Source: Trichocoleus sp. (GTDB lineage: Bacteria; Cyanobacteriota; Cyanobacteriia; Elainellales; Elainellaceae). Taken from it: DNA of 40,000 nt. A program made the translations under genes and the position numbers. The notes under the pieces were generated by a model, which was not told where the DNA came from, searched no databases, and worked only from the letters and a program-made list of their open reading frames with translations. Every line of letters starts with the position of its first letter. Position 1 is the first letter of the stretch. The stretch spans positions 1,611-41,610 of the forward strand of contig DATNQD010000053.1 in NCBI GenBank assembly GCA_036702865.1, given 5' to 3'. Shown here one piece after another: positions 7,716 through 17,400 of this stretch.

Positions 7716-9830
7716 ATGAATCAAACTAGACAAAGAGATTATAAACGAAAAGCTTACGTAGGGGAGATTCAGCAACCTTCTTTAAAGGATATTGATTTAA
7801 GATATTTAAAGTTCAACAAATCTATACTTTACAGCAGCTTCCTAACATTTTTTATATTTTGCTTAATAGTCGCGGCTGGCTATTTGAACGGTTTGTTAGG
7901 TGGAAATATCAGCAAACTTTTATTCTACTCTCAGCAATTGGTTAAGGGGATTTGGTTCACATTATGCATAGTGCTAGTGATTGGTGCATGGCAAGTTCGG
8001 GCAAAGCATCTGAAATTTGCTCAAGGGATTTGGACGGCAGGAGTAATGACTGTACTGTGTTCTGTACTAACTTGGCTCATTTCTGCAACTATACCCAGCA
8101 TATTTAAATCAGATTCTTTTTGGGTAAGTGCTACTTTACCCCCATTCTTTCTCGGTGGATATATCCTCGCATTTCTTCTAACAAGCTTTTGTCTAGCCAG
8201 TTTTAGTTACAGCATGGAACCCGCAGTTTATCAACGGCTTAAATACCATTTTTCAATTTTTGTGATAGTTTCTTCGGTTTTGGTTGCTTATTGGATTGGA
8301 GGCAATTCTCCCATTGAACTAGATGTCACAAAACGCTACTTTGGGCTAGTAAAGGTTACCTCTGGTTTGTTGGGTGGTCTACTAATTTTGCAACCAAGTC
8401 TTGCTTTTGTTGAGTCTAGAAAAGCAAAAGCTGACCTCAGCTTCTTACGATTATGGGCTATTGCCTATAACTCTTTAGGTAGTACTTCCTTTCTGAACTT
8501 AGATCTCAGTGAAGCCGATTTTACGGGTGCGAATGTTGCGAATACCGACTTTCGGGCTGGTAAGTTCTACAGGACTTGTTTAAAAGATGTGAAAGGCTTA
8601 GATCGAGCAAGACTTGATAATCGCTATTTCGATATCGATCAGCCGCAAGTTCAAATGCTTCTTACACAAGGCTGCTGTGATGAAAAAGACTTTTTTAGGG
8701 TCAACTTGCAAGGAGCGTATCTACAAAGTGCATCCGATCTGCGAGAGTTTAACTTCACAGATGCAAGGCTAGATGGAGCCGACCTACAGAAAGCCGATTT
8801 ACGAGGTAGCACTTTATTAAGGACTCAACTCCCTGAAGCAGATTTAGGAAGAGCAGACTTAAGGCGCGTAAATTTCACAGATGCAAATCTAACAGCAGCA
8901 ACTTTGCGAGGAGCCGATCTACGGGATTGTATTCTAGTTCGTGCTCAAGTTGCTCGTGCAGACTTTACGGGTGCCGATCTAACGGGCGTTTGCATTGAGG
9001 ACTGGAGTGCCAGCAGTAAGACTAACTTTACCAATGTTCGCTGTGACTACATCTACCGCCGCTATCAAGACGGGCTGTCTACAGACCGCTATCCAGTCGA
9101 TCGCAACTTTGAACCTGATGAGTTTGCTTCGCTATTTCAGCAACCTGAGAATCAGTTGGAGCTTGTATTCAAAGGAGAATTTGACTATACAGCTCTCAGT
9201 TTGACCTTTGATAAGCTGCAAACGGATAAACCAGACCTGAAATTAAAGCTTCAGGGAATTGAGCAACGGCAGGACTTATGGGTTGTGAAGGTGATCAGCG
9301 ATGATCCTGCAACTGTAGAAAGCCGGATTCAGGAGATTCAGGATACTGTTTATCAAGGATACGAAATCACCACAACTCGATTAGAAAGTAATCCACTCAT
9401 TCGCAGAATTATTAGCGATGTTGCTAACATCAGAAAAACGCAGGAAGAAACGGTCGAAGAAGTCAAGCAACTTACTAAACGCATTGGAAGCAACTTCTAC
9501 TTCTTAGGAGGAACCATTACAAACGTTACTGGGGCTGGTGAAATTAACTACACTGAAGCTAGCAATCAAGTTCGTAGTCTTGTCTCAAGTGATAGCCATC
9601 AAACTCAAGTTGCAAATACCTTACTGAATCGACTGAGATCTAGCAACGTCGCAACAACAACTACTGAACAAGTAGAGCTTATCCAATTTGTAATTTTTGA
9701 AGAAACACAGCGAGATCCAAGATTCAGGCAATCACTATTGCAACAAGAACAGCAAATTTTGGCATCTCTTCCTGAAAGCTCGATCTCGTTAGCTATCCGA
9801 GGTGCGATCGCACAGCTCAATCAAAGCTAA
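7716..9830 (+). CDS. multi-pass membrane pentapeptide-repeat protein with C-terminal soluble domain
   Basis: 704 aa. About six hydrophobic helices lie in residues 40-230. Pentapeptide (A[DN]LxX) repeats such as GADLQKADLRGSTLLRTQLPEADLGRADLRRVNFTDANLTAATLRGADLRD span about 8487-9005. The C-terminal ~270 aa include GGTITNVTGAGEINYTEA (9507-9560). The gene is divergent from the protease gene, with a 70-bp spacer. Confidence 0.85.
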   Translation: MNQTRQRDYKRKAYVGEIQQPSLKDIDLRYLKFNKSILYSSFLTFFIFCLIVAAGYLNGLLGGNISKLLFYSQQLVKGIWFTLCIVLVIGAWQVRAKHLKFAQGIWTAGVMTVLCSVLTWLISATIPSIFKSDSFWVSATLPPFFLGGYILAFLLTSFCLASFSYSMEPAVYQRLKYHFSIFVIVSSVLVAYWIGGNSPIELDVTKRYFGLVKVTSGLLGGLLILQPSLAFVESRKAKADLSFLRLWAIAYNSLGSTSFLNLDLSEADFTGANVANTDFRAGKFYRTCLKDVKGLDRARLDNRYFDIDQPQVQMLLTQGCCDEKDFFRVNLQGAYLQSASDLREFNFTDARLDGADLQKADLRGSTLLRTQLPEADLGRADLRRVNFTDANLTAATLRGADLRDCILVRAQVARADFTGADLTGVCIEDWSASSKTNFTNVRCDYIYRRYQDGLSTDRYPVDRNFEPDEFASLFQQPENQLELVFKGEFDYTALSLTFDKLQTDKPDLKLKLQGIEQRQDLWVVKVISDDPATVESRIQEIQDTVYQGYEITTTRLESNPLIRRIISDVANIRKTQEETVEEVKQLTKRIGSNFYFLGGTITNVTGAGEINYTEASNQVRSLVSSDSHQTQVANTLLNRLRSSNVATTTTEQVELIQFVIFEETQRDPRFRQSLLQQEQQILASLPESSISLAIRGAIAQLNQS

Positions 9831-10106
9831 GTGAACATTGATTTTCCTGTTATTCGACATTCTGTTCCTTACCCTGCTCCACCATTCTCTTGATGACGAA
9901 TTGAAGGTCTCACTTCACCTCAATCTCTTCGCTCACGAGTAATTCTTGAAATTTTTGGTACTGGTAGAGCTAATTTCCTTCTTCGGATTGAGCAATTTCA
10001 ACTATGAAAATTTTTCCAGTTCAAATGAACTACTATATTGACAACTTAGCTAGAATTTAGCCTTAACAAATTAAAACGCTACATCTATAGTCTTTCTAAA
10101 TACTGA

Positions 10107-10135
10107 TTCCATATCTAGCGTGATGAGGGTATAAG
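10107..10135 (+). promoter_or_regulatory. weak sigma70-type promoter candidate for the que-dpdA operon
   Basis: TTCCAT (10107-10112), a 17-nt spacer, then TATAAG (10130-10135), about 48 nt upstream of the queD ATG. Both hexamers are imperfect. Confidence 0.2.
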
Positions 10136-10182
10136 ATAACGAATCTGTCTACCTCTAAATCTGCCTAAGCTGAAGTAGCAAT

Positions 10183-10572
10183 ATGCGCAAGTGGAAGCTC
10201 ACCACGGAATTTACCTTTGATGCCGCTCACTATATCCGGGACTGCGACGGTCCCTGTGGGCGAATGCATGGACATACCTACCGGGTGCGGATTGAGGCAG
10301 CCTCTAGCCAGCTTCATGCCTCGGAGTACTGTCCTCATCCCGTTATGGTTGCTGATTTCCGCACGCTCCGTTGGGCAAAGCAAGACCTACTCAAAGGAGG
10401 GCTTGACCATTCGGTTCTAAACGAAGTTCTACCCGAAGGCTACGAAACCACTGCCGAGATGATCGCCCAACATATCTACGACAAGACGAAAAAGCAACTG
10501 CCCCCGGATGTGAAGCTAAAGGTTGCTGTGTCCGAAACGCCCAACTCTTGGGCGGAGTATGAGGACGACTAG
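10183..10572 (+). CDS. queD: 6-carboxy-5,6,7,8-tetrahydropterin synthase
   Basis: 129 aa. FTFDAAHYI ... CGRMHGHTYRVRIE ... LDHSVLNE is the PTPS/QueD zinc and catalytic-site pattern. It sits next to queE and queC. Confidence 0.9.
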   Translation: MRKWKLTTEFTFDAAHYIRDCDGPCGRMHGHTYRVRIEAASSQLHASEYCPHPVMVADFRTLRWAKQDLLKGGLDHSVLNEVLPEGYETTAEMIAQHIYDKTKKQLPPDVKLKVAVSETPNSWAEYEDD

Positions 10573-10583
10573 GAGTAACCGTT

Positions 10584-11222
10584 ATGACAAGCCTGATCCC
10601 CACTACCTCAACTTCTAAAACAGCCTCGGCAGCCTTGCCAGTTGTGGAAACCTTTCACTCAGTTCAAGGTGAGGGAGTTTGGGCAGGCACGAATGCCTTC
10701 TTTATTCGGCTAGCCGGATGTGACGTGGGATGTCCTTGGTGCGACACTAAGCATTCCTGGAATGCACGTCGCCATCCTCAACGCCTCACTACCGACCTGA
10801 TTACAGAAACTAAAGCGGCAAATCCGGCGATCGTTGTCATTACAGGTGGTGAACCCCTGCTGCATGACCTTTCCTCCCTCAGCAACGGGTTGAGAGTCGC
10901 AGAGCTGCGAGTCCATTTAGAGACCTCTGGAGCACACCCCTTCAGTGGCAGCTTCGACTGGATTACCTTCTCCCCTAAGCGATCCAAGCCACCTCACGAA
11001 AGCATTTATTCACGGGTAAGTGAACTGAAGGTCGTAGTTTCTGAACAGGCTGATCTGTCCTGGGCAGAGGATCAGGCAACCACAATCCCCACGGATGCAG
11101 TCCGGCTCCTCCAACCAGAATGGGGTACACCTGATAGCTACTCGCTCATCTTTGATTATGTTCTCAGCCATCCAGAATGGCGGCTCAGCTTACAGACCCA
11201 TAAATTTACTAATATTCGATGA
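10584..11222 (+). CDS. queE: 7-carboxy-7-deazaguanine synthase (radical SAM)
   Basis: 212 aa, with AGGAG at 10571-10575. ETFHSVQGEGVWAGTNAFFIRLAGCDVGCPWCDTKHSW has the QueE-type cluster motif at 10719-10742, followed by ITGGEPLL. Confidence 0.9.
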   Translation: MTSLIPTTSTSKTASAALPVVETFHSVQGEGVWAGTNAFFIRLAGCDVGCPWCDTKHSWNARRHPQRLTTDLITETKAANPAIVVITGGEPLLHDLSSLSNGLRVAELRVHLETSGAHPFSGSFDWITFSPKRSKPPHESIYSRVSELKVVVSEQADLSWAEDQATTIPTDAVRLLQPEWGTPDSYSLIFDYVLSHPEWRLSLQTHKFTNIR

Positions 11223-11234
11223 GGGGCGAAAACT

Positions 11235-11330
11235 ATGGCTCAGGTTGATTTATCCCCTCGTGAACTTTCCATCATCCTCGCGTCGTTGGAGTATTGGGCT
11301 GACAACCATGACGATGACGATCTCCTATGA
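11235..11330 (+). CDS. small acidic ORF, part A (31 aa); possibly the N-terminal half of a frameshifted ~77-aa protein
   Basis: The ATG at 11235 lies 8 nt after GAGGGG. Translation: MAQVDLSPRELSIILASLEYWADNHDDDDLL*. It fills the queE-queC gap and overlaps part B by 23 nt in another frame. Confidence 0.25.
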   Translation: MAQVDLSPRELSIILASLEYWADNHDDDDLL

Positions 11331-11466
11331 CCAAATGAGCGAGGACATGGAGCAGGAAACGTTTGGGGAAGCGGGACAACCTCGCAGTGATGAGATTGGT
11401 CAACTCTGCTGCAAGCTCTATCAGTTTGATAGCGGTGTCCAACCCATTTGGCGATCGCCAAGCTAA
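11308..11466 (+). CDS. small acidic ORF, part B (52 aa)
   Basis: This ORF is in frame +1 relative to part A. Translation: MTMTISYDQMSEDMEQETFGEAGQPRSDEIGQLCCKLYQFDSGVQPIWRSPS*. The track ORF 11095-11466 is this same frame, but its 5' part overlaps queE and is unlikely to be coding. Confidence 0.3.
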   Translation: MTMTISYDQMSEDMEQETFGEAGQPRSDEIGQLCCKLYQFDSGVQPIWRSPS

Positions 11467-11490
11467 TTACCCTTTACCGTGAGATGAACT

Positions 11491-12213
11491 ATGAGTGCTC
11501 CAAAAGCCGTTGTTTTATTGTCTGGTGGTCTGGATTCATCAACCTCTGCTGCTCAAGCGATCGCTGATGGTTACGAGTTGATTGCTCTATCGCTCCATTA
11601 TGGACAAAGGCACGATCGCGAACTCATTGCTGCTAAGCGGGTGGCTGAGCATTTGGGGATCAAGGAACACTTTGTGGTGGATGTGAATTTGGCGCAGTGG
11701 GGTGGTTCTGCTTTGACTGACCAGGCTGTGGATGTGCCGACTGACGGTGTGAAGCCTGGTGTGATTCCCATTACCTATGTGCCGGGACGGAATACGGTCT
11801 TTCTGGCGATCGCTCTCTCCTTGGCGGAAGCCAAAGGAGCAGAAGCAATTTACTTGGGGATCAATGCCGTAGACTATTCTGGCTATCCTGACTGCCGACC
11901 AGAGTACCTAGAAGCTGTCCAGCACCTTGCAACCCTCTCCTCTAAAGCTGGTTTGGAAGGGCATGCCCCCAAGCTTGTGGCTCCACTTGTTATGGATTCC
12001 AAAGTAGATATTGTGCATCGTGCGTTACAACTGGACGTTCCTATTCACCTCACCTGGTCTTGCTATCAAGGCGAGGATAAACCCTGCGGGTTGTGCGACT
12101 CTTGCCGGATTCGCGATCGTGCTCTGATTGACGCAGGTAGACCCGATCTGGCAACGTTAGTAGGGCGAGAATTGTACGAACAGGAGAACCAATGCGCTAC
12201 CCCCGTGTCTTAA
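11491..12213 (+). CDS. queC: 7-cyano-7-deazaguanine (preQ0) synthase
   Basis: 240 aa. It has [13 protein letters not shown] (PP-loop), TYVPGRN, and the C-terminal Zn cluster [20 protein letters not shown]. Confidence 0.92.
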   Translation: MSAPKAVVLLSGGLDSSTSAAQAIADGYELIALSLHYGQRHDRELIAAKRVAEHLGIKEHFVVDVNLAQWGGSALTDQAVDVPTDGVKPGVIPITYVPGRNTVFLAIALSLAEAKGAEAIYLGINAVDYSGYPDCRPEYLEAVQHLATLSSKAGLEGHAPKLVAPLVMDSKVDIVHRALQLDVPIHLTWSCYQGEDKPCGLCDSCRIRDRALIDAGRPDLATLVGRELYEQENQCATPVS

Positions 12214-14270
12214 TCATTACATCGTGTACCGGGGAAAAGCGATTTAAGCCAGAGAATCAACTCACTCAGAAAGATTTTATGCATGCTGCTCGACTCCGCA
12301 AAAGAGAAAAGCAGCTTTCTGAATTTATGGCTCCGGCAGGAGAAATGTATACCGGGATGCAGCACATCCAGTTGATGGAGGGTGTGCGAACTCTATGCAA
12401 AACTTTAGAGAAGCCTGTAATTGATGTAGTTATCATCTCAGCAGGCTATGGGTTGATTTCTGAAGATCATGTAATTGCACCCTACGAAGTCACTTTCAAC
12501 ACAATGAAAGGGCATGAGATAGATGCCTGGGCAAAACGATTAAAAATACATCAATCACTTGAAAAAGCAATTTCTGACTATGATTTGATTTTTGTTCTAT
12601 TAGGTGAAAAGTATTTAAGGGCAATTTCGTTACCACTCACTCTTTACGAGGAACAAGCTTGGATATTTCTAGCTCCAGGAAGCTGTTCTAACTTAATTCA
12701 AACATTAAATCCCCAAGCTTTTGTCCTGCCTCTCTCTAACGCTGAGGCAAAAAAGTACGGCTTTGGTTCAGTAGGGTTAAAGGGCTTTTTATTTAAGCAG
12801 TTTGCCTTGGTTGCTTCGCAGCAACCTGAGTTGTTTGAACAAATCCATCAAACCCCTTGTCATTTTCAAGATGTTATTGATAGAACTACTCAACTCGAAC
12901 TCGATTTAGGCTTGCCTAAATCAGTAGCAAAAAATAAATTTAAGCAAGTTACGAAGAAAACTAACAGGGACGAATTCGTCCCTATTCCTCATTTGCCGCC
13001 TGCGCCGAACATTCATTTGGGTGTGCAATACTTTATCCCGGAATGGGATGATCGTGTTGACCCAGACTATAACTTCTTAACAGATTCTTTTGGTTCTCCC
13101 GACCGTGATCCTTATGCTGATGATGTGTATGCTCATGAATTGTTTCTTCGTGCAAACTTTGGTCCAAACTATGATGGTGTTCTAATTTCTAAAGTTGTTA
13201 TCGATGAAAGTCAAGCACGACGAGCCAAAGTAGAAGCTCAAGGTGTACATAAGTTCATCCGCTTTCACGGCAAAATCATGGGAGATTGTGGAGCGTTTGG
13301 CTATGTAGAGGACGACGAGCCACCTTACAATACGGATGAAATTCTCGATTACTATGAACGTCTTGGATTTAACTATGGTGTTAGCATTGATCACCTAATA
13401 GTTGGTCCCTTTGCTGAACCTGGAGTTCGTGAGAAGCGCTACAATCTAACGCGCAAGAATGCAGAAGAGTTTTTAAAGAAATATCAGCAACGGGATTTTC
13501 AGTTTACCCCAATCGGCGTTGCTCAAGGGTGGGATCCAGAGTCCTACGCCAAGGCAGTCAAAGAGCTAATTGAAATGGGCTACGACTATATTGCTTTGGG
13601 TGGATTAGCCCGTGCCCAAAACCGTGAAATTCTGCCGATTCTGGAAGCGATTCATCCTCATCTAGTTCCTACGGTGCGAATGCATTTATTTGGAGTAGCG
13701 AGAATTAATTCAATTTCCGCCTTTCGGCATTTGGGTGTAACAAGTTGCGATTCTGCTAGTCCATTGCGGCAAGCTTGGCTTGGAGCAACTGCTAATTACT
13801 ACACACCGTCAGATAAGCGATACGCAGCTATCCGGGTTCCACCTGTAGACCATAAAGGTGGCTTACGGATTAAACGCCTGTTGGAAGCAAAGGTTGCAGA
13901 CTTTGAGACCCTACAGCAACTTGAAAAAGACGCTTTGCAATCGCTGCGAGAATTTGATGCTGGCAGGCTAGACCTGGAATCAACTTTACAAACGATCCTT
14001 GCTTACGATGAACTGCTGGAACTACCGAAAGATGGTAAAGCTGAACCAGAAGCCCAAGCTAAGCGACGAGCCAAACATGAGGTCTTGTATCGAGACGTTC
14101 TGGAAGACCAACCCTGGAAAACTTGCAACTGCCCCATCTGCCAAAAAATAGGAATTGAGGTAATTATTTTCCGCAACAATAACCGTAACCGACGACGGGG
14201 GTTTCACAATACTTATGTGTTTTATAAAAGATTTCAAGAGTTGCTAAAAATACCTACGAAGCAATCATAG
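12192..14270 (+). CDS. dpdA: DpdA-like DNA-guanine transglycosylase (TGT superfamily) fused to an N-terminal DUF6884-like domain
   Basis: 692 aa, with AGGAGAA at 12180-12186. The start overlaps the queC 3' end by 22 nt. The N-terminal ~215 aa read [53 protein letters not shown]. The C-terminal ~420 aa read MGDCGAFGY (Asp codon 13284-13286), [26 protein letters not shown]. The TGT Zn site is C645-x-C647-x2-C650...H672 (14124-14207). Confidence 0.7.
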   Translation: MRYPRVLIITSCTGEKRFKPENQLTQKDFMHAARLRKREKQLSEFMAPAGEMYTGMQHIQLMEGVRTLCKTLEKPVIDVVIISAGYGLISEDHVIAPYEVTFNTMKGHEIDAWAKRLKIHQSLEKAISDYDLIFVLLGEKYLRAISLPLTLYEEQAWIFLAPGSCSNLIQTLNPQAFVLPLSNAEAKKYGFGSVGLKGFLFKQFALVASQQPELFEQIHQTPCHFQDVIDRTTQLELDLGLPKSVAKNKFKQVTKKTNRDEFVPIPHLPPAPNIHLGVQYFIPEWDDRVDPDYNFLTDSFGSPDRDPYADDVYAHELFLRANFGPNYDGVLISKVVIDESQARRAKVEAQGVHKFIRFHGKIMGDCGAFGYVEDDEPPYNTDEILDYYERLGFNYGVSIDHLIVGPFAEPGVREKRYNLTRKNAEEFLKKYQQRDFQFTPIGVAQGWDPESYAKAVKELIEMGYDYIALGGLARAQNREILPILEAIHPHLVPTVRMHLFGVARINSISAFRHLGVTSCDSASPLRQAWLGATANYYTPSDKRYAAIRVPPVDHKGGLRIKRLLEAKVADFETLQQLEKDALQSLREFDAGRLDLESTLQTILAYDELLELPKDGKAEPEAQAKRRAKHEVLYRDVLEDQPWKTCNCPICQKIGIEVIIFRNNNRNRRRGFHNTYVFYKRFQELLKIPTKQS

Positions 14271-14445
14271 AGGCAGGCTTATAGAACAATTGAATTACTA
14301 AGGGAGGGCAAAGCTTTCTGCTTGTCCGTGAAGTGTGTGTGAACAAAAAGACGACTCACCCGTCTTAGAGTGTTGAATTGCTTCAAGACGGGCACACTAG
14401 AGATAATACACTTCCGCCATCAGAATACTCCCTGTCTGGCAGGCC

Positions 14446-17400
14446 ATGCACTACCCAACCCCCCAAGTTCATCCTCTCTACATCCAGAGCGGTTCCCTGG
14501 TTCGCTCTCGCCTCAGCAGTTTAGGGGTTGGGAAAGTCTTATCTACTTCTGCGTCTGAAGCGTTAGTTGAGTATTTCGTCTCTATTGGAGAGCGAATCCA
14601 GAAAAAATCATCTTTTAATTCCTTAGAAAGAATTATTCTTCAGCGACATACTCGCTGCTATGTGTGGTTAGAGGAACATGAGGTCTGGCAGTCTGGCAGA
14701 ATCGCAACTTGGCACGATGACGATCGCCGCTACGAAGTCCACCTACCAGACAAGGGTGTGTACTACGCGACTGAGGCAGAAATTTACGTTCGCTGCGATC
14801 GTCCGATCGAAGATCCTACAGAAGTATTGATTATGAAGGGGCAAGAAACCCCCTTCTTCCATAGCCGACGGTCTGCTTTAGTTCGCTGCCTAATTGAGCA
14901 ACGGGCAGTCAGTCATGGCATGCCTAGTCTTCTTTCATCCAATGTTGATCTGTATCCTCACCAGGTGGAAGTTGTGCGGCGAGTTTTAGAAGATCCAATC
15001 CAGCGCTATCTTTTGGCAGATGAGGTTGGATTAGGCAAAACGATTGAAGCTGGTGTGATTCTTCGGCAGTATCTGCTGGATGAACCTGACGGGAAGGCAT
15101 TAATCGTTGTCCCTCGTCCCTTACTTAGGCAATGGAAACAAGAGCTGGAAGCTAAATTTCATTTAACTGATCAGGTAGAACTGCTTACAGTTGAAGATCT
15201 TCCTGCTTACCAATACACCACCCCGCCTGGCTTTCTGATTGTGGATGAAGCCCAGCATATTGCTGCTTTGGCAGAATCTACTGCCTTACAACAGCGGGGG
15301 TATTTTACAGTTATCCAACGACTCGCTCACCAAGTCGATTGCCTTCTGCTTCTTTCTGCAACACCTGCCCTCAACCATGAGCGGACTTTTTTGGCAATGT
15401 TACATCTCCTCGATCCAATTACTTACCGTTTGGAGGACATCATAGGCTTCAAGGAGCGGGTTCACCTGCGGCAAGACATTGGGCGAATACTACTCTCCTT
15501 TAAGGAAAGCGCTCCATCGTTTGTATTGAGAGCAAGTGTTGGAAAATTAAGAAGCCTTTTTGCCCAAGATCCTCGTCTGTTAACTTTAATCGAACAACTT
15601 GAGCATTCTCTAAGCTCACCAGAGGCTAATCCTACTGAACGAGGACGAGTGATCCGAGCGATCCGTACCCACATCAGCGATACCTACCGACTTCATCGCC
15701 GTATGTTGCGAAATCGTCGCGATACTGTGGAGGATGTTTTGTTGGATCAATCCAAAGCAAAGCTTCAGGTAGAGTATGACCTGGATGAACGATCGCCTAC
15801 GGTTCAGGAGTATTTAGATGAATGGCGTATCCGTGCGATCGCAGCCGCCGCCGGAGAGGATGACCCCTACTACCATCAACTTCGCCAGGTATTCTTGCTG
15901 CTGTTCAGTACCAGTGGAACTTGGCTAACCTTTTTAGAGTGGGTACTTTTGGCTCGACTCAATGGCGAAGTTGCCCCTGCTCTTATCAAGGAATTGGAGG
16001 CAACGTCTCTTGATTTGCTACTAAACACTCCCCAGTTTCTTGGTGAAGATGATATCCTTCAGAGTCTTCTTGACGTGATTCAGCAACCGTCTGAATATGG
16101 CGATCGCATTGAACACCTTCAGATGGTCTTGGAAGCCTGTGTCAAGAGTTCTAGACAGAAACCTGCGAAAATTGTAGTTTTCACAGGTTTTACCCACACT
16201 TGTCGGGAGTTGGTGCAGCGTCTATCTAGCACGTTGGGTAAACGAGCGATCGCAACTTATCAAGTAGGGCAATCGCTTGATGAGATAGAGAAGAACACAA
16301 ATCAGTTTAAGGATGATCCAAGTTGTTGTGTTTTGGTTTGCGACACTTCGGGAGAAGAAGGGCATAACTTGCAATTCGCCGACTGGATCATCCATTTCGA
16401 TCTACCTTTATCACCAAATCGAATTGAACAGCGAAACGGGCGATTAAGTCGGATCGGGCGAAATCGTTTACTCCAGTTTGTTGTTTTTGCTGGAGCTGAT
16501 ACAAGTGACAGCCTTCATGGGGCTTGGTATGAAGTCCTCAACAGTGGTTTCAAGATTTTTCAAGAATCAATCGCCAGTCTTCAATTTCTTGTGGACAGAA
16601 AGATACCTGATTTAGAAACTGCCTTATTTCAACTAGGAGCATACGGATTATCTGAGGCAATTCAATTAATTGGTGGTGAGATTACTGCTGAAAAAATCAG
16701 GATTGATGAACAAAACGTACTCGATGAAATTGATTCTTTAGAAGAGGGTGCAACTCAGTATTTTAAAGCCTTAGATGATTATGACGCTCGTCATCAGGAT
16801 ATCCAAGAGGCTGTGGAAGCTTGGCTTTGCCAAACCTTGAAGTTTAGGAGGTATGAAGACGATGACGCACCCGAAATCATTCGGTATAAGCGTTCTTCTG
16901 AAACTTTGATTCCAGCAGATGACTTAATTAAATACTTTAGAGGTTATCTCAATCAGCCCGGAACTTACCAGCGTCGTAAGGCTTTGCAACACGAAGAAGT
17001 GGTTCTTCATCGGATTGGTGAGGGGTTGATTGAGACTCTAAGTGAATATATTCACTGGGATGATCGAGGTCAGGCATTTGCCTTATGGCGACATGACGAA
17101 ACCTGGCCAGCAGAGGAAGGGATGGAATGGGTAGGTTTTCGCTTCGACTATATTGTTGAAGCCAATTTAACCCTTGTTAGTCAGGTATTTGAGCAGCATG
17201 GTGCGAATTATGCTAGCCAAGTTGCATTGAAGCGCCGTATGGATGCCATCTTTCCACCTATCGTCGAAACTATCTTTCTTGATACTCGTATGAATGTTGT
17301 GAAGGATCAATATCTTCTGAACATTCTGCAACAGCCTTACTCCAAAAAGCGCCAACCAACCCATGACTATAGCCTTAGCAAAGGCAGAGTGCCAATTATC

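Noticed and set aside
10030-10085. Possible preQ1 riboswitch upstream of queD: a small hairpin GCTA-GAATT-TAGC followed by the A-rich CTTAACAAATTAAAACG.
   Set aside because: The stem is only 4 bp with a 5-nt loop. The loop is too small for the class I preQ1 aptamer, and I could find no loop-tail pseudoknot pairing. An Infernal scan with the Rfam preQ1 models would settle it.
11095-11466. The track ORF read as a single 123-aa gene.
   Set aside because: Its first ~43 codons (11095-11222) lie inside queE in an alternative frame and translate to low-complexity sequence. Only the part from ATG 11308 onward is plausibly coding.
14370-14558. 62-aa ORF spanning the dpdA-dpdE spacer.
   Set aside because: It overlaps the dpdE start in another frame, and it has no RBS and no motif. 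The dpdE frame continues for 1099 codons with clear SNF2 motifs.
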